A DNA stretch of 64,000 bases, from the NCBI GenBank assembly GCA_002309995.1, contig DBYB01000051.1:678-64677 (forward strand), read 5' to 3'. The stretch comes from Bacteroidales bacterium UBA1197. Lineage in GTDB: Bacteria; Bacteroidota; Bacteroidia; Bacteroidales; UBA932. A program made the translations under genes and the position numbers. Below are positions 9,100-20,500 of this stretch, piece by piece. The number at the start of each line of letters is the position of its first letter. Positions within the stretch are counted from its first letter, which is position 1. The notes under the pieces are model-generated. The model was not told the DNA's origin, did not search any database, and saw only the letters and a list, made by a program, of their open reading frames with translations.

Positions 9100-9519
9100 A
9101 TGCAACCCTTCGAAATAACCGAAAACACCGCCGCCGACGGCCTGATGATGGGCGACGTCAAAGCCGGCTTCCCCTCCCCCGCCGAAGACGTGCGGGAGAA
9201 GCTCGACCTGGTGAAACTCCTCGTGCGCCACAGCGCCTCCACCTTCTTCTTCCGCATAGACGGAGTGTCGATGGTGGACGCCGGAATGGACGAAGGCGAT
9301 ATAATAATCGTCGACCGCGCAGTCGATCCCTATGACGGCTGCAAGGCCGTTTGCTTCATAGACGGCGAATATACCGTCAAGAAGGTTGAACTGGGGCCAT
9401 CGGGAGCAGTCCTGATGCCCTGCAACGACGGCTCTAAGCGCTACAAGCCCATCCCCGTCGGTCCTGACGACGAATTCCTCATCTGGGGCGTCGTGACCTA
9501 CATCATCAAGAAGGCATAG
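9100..9519 (+). CDS. umuD: DNA polymerase V autoproteolytic subunit (S24 family)
   Basis: AGFPSPAED cleavage site; catalytic Ser (GVSM) and Lys (YTVKK). Confidence 0.9.
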   Translation: MQPFEITENTAADGLMMGDVKAGFPSPAEDVREKLDLVKLLVRHSASTFFFRIDGVSMVDAGMDEGDIIIVDRAVDPYDGCKAVCFIDGEYTVKKVELGPSGAVLMPCNDGSKRYKPIPVGPDDEFLIWGVVTYIIKKA

Positions 9520-9521
9520 CG

Positions 9522-10787
9522 ATGTTCGCCCTTGCCGACTGCAACAATTTCTTCGTGTCCTGCGAACGGGTATTCCATCCCGACCTGAACGGGCGGCCGG
9601 TCATCGTGCTCAGCAACAACGACGGATGTGCCGTGGCCCGCAGCAACGAAGCCAAGGCGCTCGGCATCAAGATGGGCGACCCTTATTTCAAGATCCGCGG
9701 CATCATCGAGAAGTACGGCGTACGCGTCTTCAGTTCCAACTTCGCCCTCTACGGAGATATGTCGGCAAGGGTGCAGCAGGTGCTGCGCGATTTCGCACCG
9801 GCGGTGGAGCAATACTCGATCGACGAGGCGTTCCTGGACCTGAGGGGGATGACGATTCCCGACCCGGACGCATTTGCGAAACGCATCTCGGCGGAATGCC
9901 GGCGGCTTACGGCCATCCCCGTGTCGGTCGGCATCGCCCCCACCAAAACCCTGGCCAAGATAGCATCGAAACTCTGCAAGCAATATCCGCGGCTGCAGGG
10001 CGGATGCTATATGCACCGGCCGCAGGACATCGAGAAGGTGCTCCGCAGATTTCCAGTTGCGGACGTGTGGGGCATAGGGCGGCAGAGCGCCAAGAAACTG
10101 GCGGGGATGCAGATAGCGACCGCCTGGGACTACACGCGCCTGCCCGAAACTTCCGTGCGCAAGCTGTTCGCCCTGCCCGGCTACCGCACCTGGATGGAAC
10201 TCCGCGGCGTGCCTTGCATCGAATTCGAGAACTACATCGAGCCGAAGCAGAGCATCTGCGTCTCCCGCAGTTTCGCGAAGGAGATCAGCGATTGCAGCCA
10301 GCTGTGCGAGCAGGTGGCAAACTTTGCGGAAAGCGCGGCCTGCAAGCTGCGCAGCCAGCATTCCCTTGCGCTGGAGATGACCGCGTTCGCCTTCACCAAC
10401 CGTTTCAAGGAGAACGCTCCGCAGACCTTCGGTTCACGTATGTCGGTATTCCCAGATGGCACGGCCGACCACCGGGTGCTGGTGAGCGCCGCCGTGGCCG
10501 CCACGCGCGAACTCTTCCGCCCGGGCTACGGCTACAAGAAAGCAGGCGTAGTAATTACCCGCCTGGAGCAGGAAGAAGACCACGTGGCGTCGCTGTTCGG
10601 CGATTCCGACCAGCAGGCCCGGGACGCCCGGCTCTCGCAGTCCATAGACGAAATCAACCGGTTTTTCGGCCGGGGCGCCGTGCTCTTCGGCGTTCAGGGC
10701 GACGGGCATATCAAAATGGCCCGGGAGCATCAGTCGCCGCACTACACAACCCTGTGGAGCGACATTCCGAAAGCCAGCGTGAAATAG
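9522..10787 (+). CDS. umuC: Y-family DNA polymerase V catalytic subunit
   Basis: DCNNFFVSCER, SNNDGC and YSIDEAFL motifs; C-terminal SPHYTTLWSD. Confidence 0.92.
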   Translation: MFALADCNNFFVSCERVFHPDLNGRPVIVLSNNDGCAVARSNEAKALGIKMGDPYFKIRGIIEKYGVRVFSSNFALYGDMSARVQQVLRDFAPAVEQYSIDEAFLDLRGMTIPDPDAFAKRISAECRRLTAIPVSVGIAPTKTLAKIASKLCKQYPRLQGGCYMHRPQDIEKVLRRFPVADVWGIGRQSAKKLAGMQIATAWDYTRLPETSVRKLFALPGYRTWMELRGVPCIEFENYIEPKQSICVSRSFAKEISDCSQLCEQVANFAESAACKLRSQHSLALEMTAFAFTNRFKENAPQTFGSRMSVFPDGTADHRVLVSAAVAATRELFRPGYGYKKAGVVITRLEQEEDHVASLFGDSDQQARDARLSQSIDEINRFFGRGAVLFGVQGDGHIKMAREHQSPHYTTLWSDIPKASVK

Positions 10788-10830
10788 TATCGTATTTTTT
10801 ATTAACTTGGCCTCGATAAACAGCAACCGT

Positions 10831-12303
10831 ATGATGAACAGACGCGATTTTCTCGGAAAGGCAGGCATTGCGGCCGCAGGCGTTGCGGCGATGCCCGTGC
10901 TTGCATCGTGCTCCGGCGAGCCCAGGCTCCCGCTTGGCGACATTAAGGAATCCTATTCGGCCGACCTCCTGGTCGTGGGAGGCGGGCCTTCAGGAGTCTG
11001 CGCCGCAATAGCCGCTGCCCGCAAGGGTGCGAAGGTGCTGCTGGTCGACAGCGGCAACTGCCTTGGCGGAATGGGCACCAAGGGCCTCGTGGGGCCGTTT
11101 ATGACCTGCTACGACGCCGAAGGCGAGAATATGATAATCCGCGGACTCTTCGAGGAAGTCGTCGACCGGCTTGTTGCTGAAGGCGGCGCCATCCATCCCT
11201 CAAAGATACGCCAGGGCACGGAATTCACCGCCTGGATAAGCGAGGGCCACGACCACTGCACCCCCTTCGACCCGGAAATCCTCAAGAAGGTTTACGACCG
11301 TATGTGCGCCGAGGCAGGCGTTAAGGTGCTCTTCAACTCAAGCTTTGTAGCCCCGATAATGAAGGGCCGCAAGATCCAGGGAGCCGTGCTGCTCACGCCC
11401 TCAGGGCTTGAGGCCGCCCGAGCGCGCCTGGTCATAGACGCAACCGGCAACGGCACGGTAGCCCACAGCGCCGGAGCCCCCTGCGTCTTCGGCGACCCCG
11501 AGAGCGGGCGCGTGCAGCCGGCGTCGCTGTTCTTCCGCATCAACAACGTGGATACTTACAGGCTGATTGCCGACGTGGTTCCGCACCTTCCGGAGTTCCG
11601 CCGCGTGAACGGGGTGAGCTACCGCTGCCTCCACTGGAGGGGCGCCGAGGCCGAAGCCGCCGGCGAATGGGACCTCGCCCGCAAGTCCGTAAACATCTGG
11701 CGTTCAGTGGAAAAAGACCAGTGGGTGGTGAACTGCACCCGCATCCACGGAGTCGATGCTACCGACTGCGAGAACCTCTCGGCCGCCGAAGTCGAAGGCC
11801 GCCGCCAGGTGGAAGAGCTGATGCACTTCTTCCATAAATACGTGCCGGGCTGCGAGGTGGCCACACTGATGGGCACCGGTTCCGTAATGGGAATCCGCGA
11901 GTCGCGCCACGTGCTGGGCGACTTCGTGCTGCCTGTGAGCGACCTCATCGACGGAGTTATTCCGGACGACAATATCGTGCTGTCTGCCAATTCAATAGAC
12001 GTGCACGGAGCGATGGGCGGCCCCGCCGGCGGCCTCTATATGCCCATCAAGAAGAGTATGTACGGGGTGCCTTACCGCTGCCTGATTCCCAAGGATGTTG
12101 AAGGCCTGCTGCTCGCCGGCCGCTGCATCTCCGCCGACTCCCCCGCCGCCGGCGCCATCCGCGTGATGCCTCCGGCAATGGCCATCGGCCAGGCCGCAGG
12201 CATCGCCGCCGCCCTCTGCCTCTCCACCGGCGCCACCCCCTCCACCCTCTCCTACTCCGACCTCCGCCCCGCCCTCCTCGAACAGAAGGTCTTCCTGGGA
12301 TAA
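10831..12303 (+). CDS. FAD-dependent oxidoreductase, Tat-exported lipoprotein
   Basis: RRDFL twin-arginine signal with a LASC lipobox; GGGPSG, IDATGNG, GIRESR and PYRCLIP...LAGRCIS motifs. Confidence 0.85.
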   Translation: MMNRRDFLGKAGIAAAGVAAMPVLASCSGEPRLPLGDIKESYSADLLVVGGGPSGVCAAIAAARKGAKVLLVDSGNCLGGMGTKGLVGPFMTCYDAEGENMIIRGLFEEVVDRLVAEGGAIHPSKIRQGTEFTAWISEGHDHCTPFDPEILKKVYDRMCAEAGVKVLFNSSFVAPIMKGRKIQGAVLLTPSGLEAARARLVIDATGNGTVAHSAGAPCVFGDPESGRVQPASLFFRINNVDTYRLIADVVPHLPEFRRVNGVSYRCLHWRGAEAEAAGEWDLARKSVNIWRSVEKDQWVVNCTRIHGVDATDCENLSAAEVEGRRQVEELMHFFHKYVPGCEVATLMGTGSVMGIRESRHVLGDFVLPVSDLIDGVIPDDNIVLSANSIDVHGAMGGPAGGLYMPIKKSMYGVPYRCLIPKDVEGLLLAGRCISADSPAAGAIRVMPPAMAIGQAAGIAAALCLSTGATPSTLSYSDLRPALLEQKVFLG

Positions 12304-12321
12304 AACTGACAATCTTTCCCT

Positions 12322-12885
12322 CTAATGCACGCTGATTCTAAGTCCGTCATCCGCGGTCTTTAGAATCTGCATCATCAGCCGCTTATCCAGTGCCACGCAC
12401 CCTCCCGTCCAAGCCTTGGCTCCTTTGCAGTGAATAAAAATTGCTGAGCCGAGCGGCCATATTCCATCTTTGTTGTAATCGGTCTCAATGCCATAATCAT
12501 ACTCCGGCGACAACTCCCACATCCGTTCGCCGCCGACCTCGACGCCCTGCACTATCTTGTTGTAGTACGGACCCTCTTCGTCGCAGGCAATTGTGCCGGG
12601 CTGGACCTGGAGCCAAGGCAGTGATGTACCTGGGTTTGGAAGTATGCCGAAAGCCCTGAGCGGGCGCAGTTCGCCCACCGGCGTCCGGGCATCTCCCTCG
12701 CGCGTTTTCTCAAGGCCGTTCTTGCCGATATACGCATCTCCTTTCCCCCTGACACGCCATCCCTTAGCGCCTTTTACATAATACACCACTTTAGCATCGG
12801 AACCCCCGACCCATTTCACATCCAGCACCTGACGGACTGTATTATCAGTTATCTTTATCATAGTTGTGCCGACTGCGGAATTCAT
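12322..12885 (-). CDS. L,D-transpeptidase (YkuD-like) family protein
   Basis: EGDARTPVG and GSAIFIHC....WTGGCVAL catalytic His/Cys motifs. ATGA overlap with the upstream gene sets the start at 12885. Confidence 0.8.
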   Translation of the reverse strand: MNSAVGTTMIKITDNTVRQVLDVKWVGGSDAKVVYYVKGAKGWRVRGKGDAYIGKNGLEKTREGDARTPVGELRPLRAFGILPNPGTSLPWLQVQPGTIACDEEGPYYNKIVQGVEVGGERMWELSPEYDYGIETDYNKDGIWPLGSAIFIHCKGAKAWTGGCVALDKRLMMQILKTADDGLRISVH

Positions 12886-13670
12886 TTTTTGATAAATAAA
12901 ATTGCCATCAGCGGCAGGGCTATGATGGCCATAGTGGCGCTGATGGGGAGGTAGATGCCGAAGTTGACGTATTGGACTACCAGATAGGTGATGAGCAACA
13001 GCCCTACACCCATTAGCGACGAGATAAGATAGTGAACGCGGATGTCTTCCTTGCGGCACAGTATGCGGCTCAGGTTGGGCACACCCAGGGAGATGAAGCC
13101 AATGGGGCCGCAGATGCTTACTGCACTGGTAACCAGGAACATAATAGCCAGAAGGCTGAAGGCCTTATGCGGCTTGCTCAGCTCAATCTCTCCCTTGAAA
13201 TGCCGCGTCAGCCTACCGCTGTCAACCAGCGCGGCAGTGAGCCCGGCGGCGAATAGGCACAAAGAGAAAATGATGTCGCCGGTAGTAACCCCCTCAAGTC
13301 GGAAATTGGCAGCACCCCAGAGGTAATACTGTTTGAGGAGATCCCCGTTGGGCGCATTCGTAACCACAATGGTCCCCAGCGAGCCGATAAAGGTACCGAA
13401 GAGGATACCGAAAGTAATCAAGCTCTGCGTGTTGACGCGGAGGGTCACGAAAAAGCAAACGATTGTGCATATCAGAGTGCAGATGAAACTCCCCACTGTG
13501 AGCGAGCACCATCCGGACATAGTCGCAGCGGCCGCTCCCAGGCAAGCTGCGCTTCCAAGGCCAAGGCTGTAAACATCTCCCAGCTGGTTGCGCCACAGAT
13601 ACTGCATCTGGATACCGCCCACGGGAAGGGCGATACCGGAAATCAATACATATAAAAGGCTCAGGAGCAT
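12882..13670 (-). CDS. FecCD/BtuC-type ABC transporter permease (short, orphan)
   Basis: Highly hydrophobic; LGLGSAA and SICGPIGFISLGVPNLSR motifs. Promoter CAAAGATA at 13684-13691. Confidence 0.7.
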   Translation of the reverse strand: MLLSLLYVLISGIALPVGGIQMQYLWRNQLGDVYSLGLGSAACLGAAAATMSGWCSLTVGSFICTLICTIVCFFVTLRVNTQSLITFGILFGTFIGSLGTIVVTNAPNGDLLKQYYLWGAANFRLEGVTTGDIIFSLCLFAAGLTAALVDSGRLTRHFKGEIELSKPHKAFSLLAIMFLVTSAVSICGPIGFISLGVPNLSRILCRKEDIRVHYLISSLMGVGLLLITYLVVQYVNFGIYLPISATMAIIALPLMAILFIKK

Positions 13671-13768
13671 AATTTCGTGCCATCAAAGATAGGCATTTTC
13701 CGTCTTATTGCCTAAAGAGAGAATTAATTACATAGCCTCTTTTTGTGTCAGGAACGCGACTGGTACGG

Positions 13769-13794
13769 AAAACGCCCGGCTTCCCGCCGGGCGT
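13769..13794 (-). terminator. Intrinsic terminator of rny
   Basis: ACGCCCGGC-ttccc-GCCGGGCGT stem with a U-tract on the minus strand. Confidence 0.65.
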
Positions 13795-13827
13795 AACCTA
13801 AATGGTGCAGTGCCAGGCGGCACTTTA

Positions 13828-15369
13828 TTACTTCGCGATGGCGACGCTGCGGGTTTCGCGGATGACGGTGATTTTGACCTGGCCGGGGTAGGTCATCTCG
13901 TCCTGGATGCGCTGGGCGATGTCGGTGGAGAGGCGGGCGGCCTGGTCGTCGCTGACCTCGTCGGCGCCGACGATGACGCGGAGCTCGCGGCCGGCCTGGA
14001 TGGCGTAGGACTTGGTTACGCCGGGATAGGAGGCGGCGAGGTCTTCCATACCCTTGAGACGCTTGATGTAGGACTCGATCACCTCGCGGCGGGCGCCGGG
14101 ACGGGCGCCGGAAATGGCGTCACCGACAAGCACCAGAGGTGCGTAGATGGTGTTCATCTCCATCTCCTCGTGGTGGGCGCCGATACAGTTGCAGATCTCC
14201 GGGCGCTCTTTGTACTGCTCGGCGAGCTTGGCACCGAGAAGGGCGTGAGGCAGTTCGGGCTCCTCTTCGGAGACCTTGCCTATATCGTGGAGCAAACCGG
14301 CGCGCTTGGCCAGCTTGGGATTGAGGCCGAGCTCAGCTGCCATGATGGAGCAGATGTTCGCGACCTCGCGGGAGTGCTGAAGGAGGTTCTGGCCGTAGGA
14401 GCTGCGGTACTTCATTCGGCCGATCATTCGCACCAGTTCGAGGTTCATACCGTGGATGCCAAGGTCGATGCAGGTGCGCTTGCCGGTCTCGAGGATTTCC
14501 TCCTCAAGCTGCTTGGTAACCTTGGAAACGACCTCCTCGATACGTGCGGGATGGATACGGCCGTCGATGACCAGCTGGTGCAGGGACAGGCGGGCAACCT
14601 CGCGGCGCACGGGATCGAACGCGCTGATGAGGATGGCGTCCGGGGTGTCGTCCACCACGATTTCAACGCCGGCGGCAGCCTCGAGGGCACGGATGTTACG
14701 GCCCTCACGGCCGATAATGCGACCCTTCACCTCGTCGTTGTCGATAGGGAAAGTGGTGACCGCATTCTCGATGGCGGTCTCCGTAGCGGTGCGCTGTATA
14801 GTATTGATAACTATACGCTTGGCTTCCTTGGCGGCATTCAGGTGAGCCTCGTCCATAGCTTCGTTGATGTAGGCCTGGGCCTCGGAACGGGCCTCGGCCT
14901 TCATATTCTCGACGAGCATATTCTTGGCGTCCTGGGCGCTCATTCCGGCGATGGTCTCCAGCTGACGGTTGGCCTGTGCGCGGAGTTCTTCGGCCTCCTG
15001 CATTTTGGCCTCGAGCTGGGCCTTCTGGGCGTTCACCTGACCGCGCTGCGAATCCAGGTCGTGCTGGCGCTTGTTCAGTTCCTGGGCCTGCTGGTTCAGC
15101 TGGTTCTCCTTGTTCTTGATGCCGTTCTCGCGCTCGCGAAGCTCATTGTTGCGCTGGTTGCACTTCTGGTCGTGCTCGCTCTTGAGCTGGATGAACTTCT
15201 CCTTGGCCTGGAGTATCTTCTGCTGTTTGATGGATTCGCCTTCAAGTTCGGCTTTCTCGATGATAGCGGCGGCCCTGCCTTTCAAGGCGATACGGCTCAC
15301 CGTTATGTAGATTGCCAGCGCCAGGACGGCTCCGGCAAGTGCTGCTAATATGTAGTACAGAATCATCAC
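13828..15369 (-). CDS. rny: Ribonuclease Y
   Basis: N-terminal TM helix, coiled coil, KH domain ([12 protein letters not shown]) and HD domain (LLHDIGK). Own promoter CAAAGTTA at 15389-15396. Confidence 0.97.
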   Translation of the reverse strand: MMILYYILAALAGAVLALAIYITVSRIALKGRAAAIIEKAELEGESIKQQKILQAKEKFIQLKSEHDQKCNQRNNELRERENGIKNKENQLNQQAQELNKRQHDLDSQRGQVNAQKAQLEAKMQEAEELRAQANRQLETIAGMSAQDAKNMLVENMKAEARSEAQAYINEAMDEAHLNAAKEAKRIVINTIQRTATETAIENAVTTFPIDNDEVKGRIIGREGRNIRALEAAAGVEIVVDDTPDAILISAFDPVRREVARLSLHQLVIDGRIHPARIEEVVSKVTKQLEEEILETGKRTCIDLGIHGMNLELVRMIGRMKYRSSYGQNLLQHSREVANICSIMAAELGLNPKLAKRAGLLHDIGKVSEEEPELPHALLGAKLAEQYKERPEICNCIGAHHEEMEMNTIYAPLVLVGDAISGARPGARREVIESYIKRLKGMEDLAASYPGVTKSYAIQAGRELRVIVGADEVSDDQAARLSTDIAQRIQDEMTYPGQVKITVIRETRSVAIAK

Positions 15370-15518
15370 AATTTAGTTTAAAATCTCACAAAGTTACCAA
15401 TTTTCCGCGAATTCAGCAACAACACCAAAGCAAAAACACAATTTATTAAAAAAGTAGTACAAGTTATCGTGAAATTAACTATATTTACATTTAATATAAG
15501 AGTACTTTATAAAAGAAA

Positions 15519-17468
15519 ATGAGAACAAACAGACTTCATTCGATTGTTTTTACGGTACTTATATGCTGCCTGGCCCTCTGCGGCTGCGAGCAGAAGCCCG
15601 ACGACAAGGAGCCGGATATAGTCACGACCTACATTTCCCTTCCGTCCAACATAGAGATTGAGGAAGGCTCCGGCATAAAGCTCGTTCTCGCCGGCACCAC
15701 AAATATCAAGAAGGACGACAGCATCATCCTCCGCACGGTTGCCAACCAGGATATCCCCTGCCTTCTCACCGGTCTCAAGGACGCCTCCTTCCTGGAGTTC
15801 GCCATCCCCGAAGGAACGGTAAGCGGCACCTACAAGGTTTACGTCAGCCGTGCCTCCATCAACCATTACGTAGGTACTACCAACCTCACCATCCTGAAGG
15901 CCCTGAACGTCGAGCCTGCCCCCGGCACCACGGTGTACGGCATCATCACCTGCGACGGCAAGGGCGTGCCGGGAGTGCTGGTATCCGACGGAGTGGATAT
16001 AGTCAAGACCGACGCCGACGGCATCTACCAGCTTGCCTCGCAGAAGAAATGGCAGTATGTCTTCATCATCATCCCCTCTGGATACGAGGTCCCCTTCCAG
16101 GGCATACTGCCCGAGTTCCACGCCGCCCTGAGCGCCGACTCCTCCACCCCCGAGCGCAAGGATTTCGAGCTCATCAAGACAGACAACGACAATTTCACCC
16201 TCTTCGTCTGCGGCGACATGCACCTGGCCAAGCGCAACAACGACCTCCAGCAGTTCGCCTCCGTAGCCGTCACCCTCAAGGAGGCAATGTCAAAGGCAAG
16301 CGGCAAGACCTACTGCCTCACCCTTGGCGATATGACATGGGACCTCTACTGGTACTCCAACGTCTATACCTTCCCCCAGTACCTCGAGACCGCCAACTCC
16401 AACCTCTCCGGAGCCAAGGTCTTCCACACGATGGGCAACCACGACAACGACATGAACTCCGTGGGCGACTTCAACAAGGCCTTCCGCTACACCCGCGACA
16501 TCGCGCCCACCTTCTACTCCTTCAACCTCGGCAAGATCCACTTCATAGTGCTCGACAACATCGACTACAACAACGTCGGCACCGGTGACGCCCTCCGCAG
16601 CGAGTACGTGCTGGACTACACCGCCGAGCAGATGGCCTGGCTGCAGAAAGACCTCTCCTACGTGGATAAGGGCACGCCCGTCATCATCACCTCGCACGCC
16701 CCTCTTTCCAGGCCCAACGGAGCCACCACTTACAACGACAAGTATATGAGCGGCGCCGATTCTGCCGGAGAAGCCAATATGGCCGACTTCATCTCCGCCG
16801 TGGCCGGATACGATGTACACTTCCTCAGCGGCCACACCCACAACCTCTTCCACCGCAGGCACAACGACAAGCTGGCGGAGCACAACGAGGGAGCCATCTG
16901 CGCCACCTGGTGGTGGTCCGGCAAAGAGACGCCCGGCCTGCACCTCTCGCAGGACGGCACCCCCGGCGGCTTCGGCGTATGGGAGTTCAGCGGCAAGAAC
17001 ATCAAATATTCCTACCGTTCCGCCGGGCACGACGAGAAATACCAGTTCCGTGCCTACGATATGAATGAAGTAAAGAAAGTAGTGACCACCGATGCAGGCG
17101 GCGGCAATTCCAAGTTCAACGAATACGTCACGGCAATGTCGGCATACCCCGCCAACACCATCCTGGTTAATGTGTGGGACTACGACGACGATTGGAAAGT
17201 GGTCATCACGGAAAACGGAAAGGAACTGGCCGTAACCAAGGACTACGCCTACGACCCGGCCCACATAATGGCCCTCACGGCCCCGAGGTGCAAGGCTACC
17301 TCCTCCCCCAACTTCCTCACCGCCAAATGGCCCCACTTCTTCAAGGCCAAGGCCACTTCTCCCAACTCCACCATTACCGTAAAGGTCACCGACCGCAACG
17401 GCAAGGAGTTCACCGAAGTGATGAACAGACCCAAGCAGTTTACTCTTGCAGACTACAAGAACAAATAA
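15519..17468 (+). CDS. Calcineurin-like metallophosphoesterase lipoprotein (MetallophosN/C type)
   Basis: Lipobox LCGC; GVLVSDG N-domain; DMH, LGDMTWD, GNHD, SHAP, SGHTH and DGTPGG motifs. Confidence 0.88.
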   Translation: MRTNRLHSIVFTVLICCLALCGCEQKPDDKEPDIVTTYISLPSNIEIEEGSGIKLVLAGTTNIKKDDSIILRTVANQDIPCLLTGLKDASFLEFAIPEGTVSGTYKVYVSRASINHYVGTTNLTILKALNVEPAPGTTVYGIITCDGKGVPGVLVSDGVDIVKTDADGIYQLASQKKWQYVFIIIPSGYEVPFQGILPEFHAALSADSSTPERKDFELIKTDNDNFTLFVCGDMHLAKRNNDLQQFASVAVTLKEAMSKASGKTYCLTLGDMTWDLYWYSNVYTFPQYLETANSNLSGAKVFHTMGNHDNDMNSVGDFNKAFRYTRDIAPTFYSFNLGKIHFIVLDNIDYNNVGTGDALRSEYVLDYTAEQMAWLQKDLSYVDKGTPVIITSHAPLSRPNGATTYNDKYMSGADSAGEANMADFISAVAGYDVHFLSGHTHNLFHRRHNDKLAEHNEGAICATWWWSGKETPGLHLSQDGTPGGFGVWEFSGKNIKYSYRSAGHDEKYQFRAYDMNEVKKVVTTDAGGGNSKFNEYVTAMSAYPANTILVNVWDYDDDWKVVITENGKELAVTKDYAYDPAHIMALTAPRCKATSSPNFLTAKWPHFFKAKATSPNSTITVKVTDRNGKEFTEVMNRPKQFTLADYKNK

Positions 17469-17507
17469 ACCATTTTATTATCAACTAACCTGTTAACCAA
17501 TCAATTT

Positions 17508-20500
17508 ATGAGATTACCCAAGTTTCTCGTGATTCCGGTACTGCTTATGCTGGCGAGCTACGGCCTGTCGGCGCAGAACCGGACGGTCCAGGGAACGGTG
17601 CTCGACTCCGCCAGCCAGCCGCTGCCGGGAGTTGGCGTCGTGCTCGAAGGGACCACGAACGGGACGATCTCCGGAGCCGACGGAAAGTATTCCCTCCGCG
17701 TGCCTTCCGGAAACGTCGTCCTGGTCTTCTCCAGCCTCGGTTACCAGACCAAGACCGTACCCGTGCCCGCAGGGCAGGATATAGTCAACGTGACTCTCGA
17801 TGAGGACAACATGCTCCTCGAAGAGACCATCGTGGTCGGTTACGGTACGCAGAAGAAGGTCAACCTGACCGGCGCAATCACGGCCGTCGAGAGCAAACAG
17901 CTCGAGAACCGCAGCGCCCACAACCTTACCACGATGCTCCAGGGTTCCGTCCCGGGCCTGAACATCAGCACCTCCGCCGGTAACCCCGGCGCCACCGGAA
18001 GCCTGAACATCCGAGGCTACACCTCCATCAACGGCGGTGATCCTCTGGTGCTCATCGACGGCATCGAAGGCAGCATCAACCGCATCAACCCTCAGGACGT
18101 CGAATCCATTTCCGTCATCAAGGATGCATCTTCCGCAGCTGTTTACGGTGCCCGTGCAGCATACGGCGTGATCCTGGTCACCACCAAGAGCGGCGGCGAG
18201 AAGGCAAACAAGGCCACGGTACGCTACAGCGGCCGCTACGGCGTTGAAATGCCTACCACCTCCACAGAATGGGAGAGCACCGGTTACTGGTCCGTCTATA
18301 CCCTCAACAAGTTCTGGTACGAGAGCAAAGGCTCCAACTACGTGAACTACACCGCCGAAGATATGCGCGAGCTCCTCGCCCGCGTGAACGACAAGGTTGA
18401 GAATCCCGAGCGCCCCTGGGTGGTCATCAAGGACGGCAAGTATAAGTACTACGCCAACAACGACTGGTGGCACACGATGTACAATGACGTGCACCCCACC
18501 ACCAACCACAGCGTGAGCGTGAGCGGCGGCAACAAGAGCGTCAAGTACTACCTCTCCGGCCAGTACGACAGGCAGGAAGGTATGGTGAAGGCCCGCCCGG
18601 ACGTGTACGAGAAGTACAACCTCAGGGCCAAGATCGACGCCCGCATCAACAAGTACGCCCGCATCAGCAACAACACCAACTTCTTCGTGGGCCAGTACGA
18701 CTTCCCCGGCCTCGCCGACATCCAGGATTCCTTCGCATACGGCGACCGTCACGCTCCTGCGTGCTTCCCCGCCCAGAACCCCGACGGCACCTGGCTCTAC
18801 TTCGTCGATGCACTCGGCTACCGCGTTAACAACGGACGCCAGTGGGCGTACGCCAGCGACAACTTGAACATCGAGAAGAGGACCGACCTGACCAACACCA
18901 CGGAACTCACCGTCACCCCGTTCAAGGGTCTCACCCTCAAGGCGAACTACAGCTACCGCACCTACATCAACCACGATACGCACAGGCGCAACCTGATCGA
19001 GTATTCCCAGGTGCCCGGCGTGGTGGTTGAGTACAACAACGGCGGCGCGTTCGACAACTATATGACAGAGAAGAATTCCGAGAACATCCGTCAGACCTGG
19101 AACGTTTACGGCACCTACGAGAACAGCTGGGCCGACGCCCACAACTTCAAGGTGATGGCCGGTTTCAACTACGACGACTACCACTACAAGGATATCTGGT
19201 GCAAGGGTTACGACCTCATCACCAGGGAACTTTCCGACCTCGACCTCATCTCCACGGCCACCCGTCCCGCCGAGGCTAACGGCGGACAGACCGCCTGGAG
19301 GACCGCCGGCTTCTTCGGCCGCGTGAACTACGACTACAAGGGCCGCTACCTCTTCGAGGCTTCCGCCCGCTACGACGGTTCATCCCGCTTCGCCGCCGGT
19401 CACAAGTGGGGCTTCTTCCCCTCCGCCTCCATCGGCTGGCGAATCAGCGAGGAGCCTTTCTTCGAGCCCGTCAGGCCCGTGGTCAACAACTTCAAGATCC
19501 GCGCATCCTACGGTACCCTGGGCAACCAGAACGTAGACAACTACTCCTACATACGCCTCATCAACTTCAAGACCTTCAGCGCGTATAACTTCGGAGACAA
19601 CGTGATGGCGCGCTACACCAACCTCGACGCCCCCGTGGCATCCGACAAGACCTGGGAGACCTCCAGGCAGACCAACCTCGGTCTCGACCTCGCATTGCTC
19701 GGCAACAAGCTGGAATTCACCGGCGAGCTCTACATCCGCGACACCGTGGGAATGCTTACCGACGGTATGGACCTGCCTTCCGTGTACGGCGCTTCCGTTC
19801 CCAAGATGAACGCCGCCGACCTGCGCACCAAGGGCTACGAACTGTCGCTCAGCTGGAGGGATTCCTTCAAGCTCTTCGGACAGACTTTCGAGTACTTCTT
19901 CAAGCCCACCCTCAGTGAGTTCCGCTCCAACATCACCAAGTTCAACAACGACACCAAGCTCCTCTCCAACTACTACGAGGGAATGGAGCTCGGCGAGATC
20001 TGGGGCTTCCACGTGGACGGGCTGTTCGCATCCGACGCAGAAGCTCAGGAATACACCAGCAGGATTGACCAGTCCTACTGCAACGCCAACCTCAACGGCG
20101 GCTGGAAGGCCGGAGACCTCAAGTATGCCGACCTTGACGATGACAAGAGCATTGGCATCGGCAAGAACACCCTGGCTGAGCACGGCGACCTTATCTACCT
20201 CGGCAACTCCCTGCCCCGCCTGCACTACGGATTCCAGACCGGATTCTCGTTCTGCGGCTTCGACGTGAGCGTATTCTTCGAGGGTACCGGCAACCACTAC
20301 TGGTATCCTTCCCGCTACAACTTCGACTTCTGGGGTCCCTACTCCCTCGGTTATCCCGCCTTCCTTGCGAAGAACTTCCTCGATAACTGCTGGAGCGAAG
20401 ACAACCCCGATGCATACTTCCCCAGGCCGCGTTCCAACGTCGCATCCAACGGCGGCGGCGAACTCGGACGCGTGAACGACCGCTACATCCAGAACATCCG

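Noticed and set aside
13708-15348. 546-aa plus-strand ORF, and similar long antisense ORFs (17514-19184, 19380-20642, 31375-32856, 49679-51097, 52311-53477, 60659-61966)
   Set aside because: Antisense shadows of well-supported genes, caused by high GC3; they contain no recognisable motifs.
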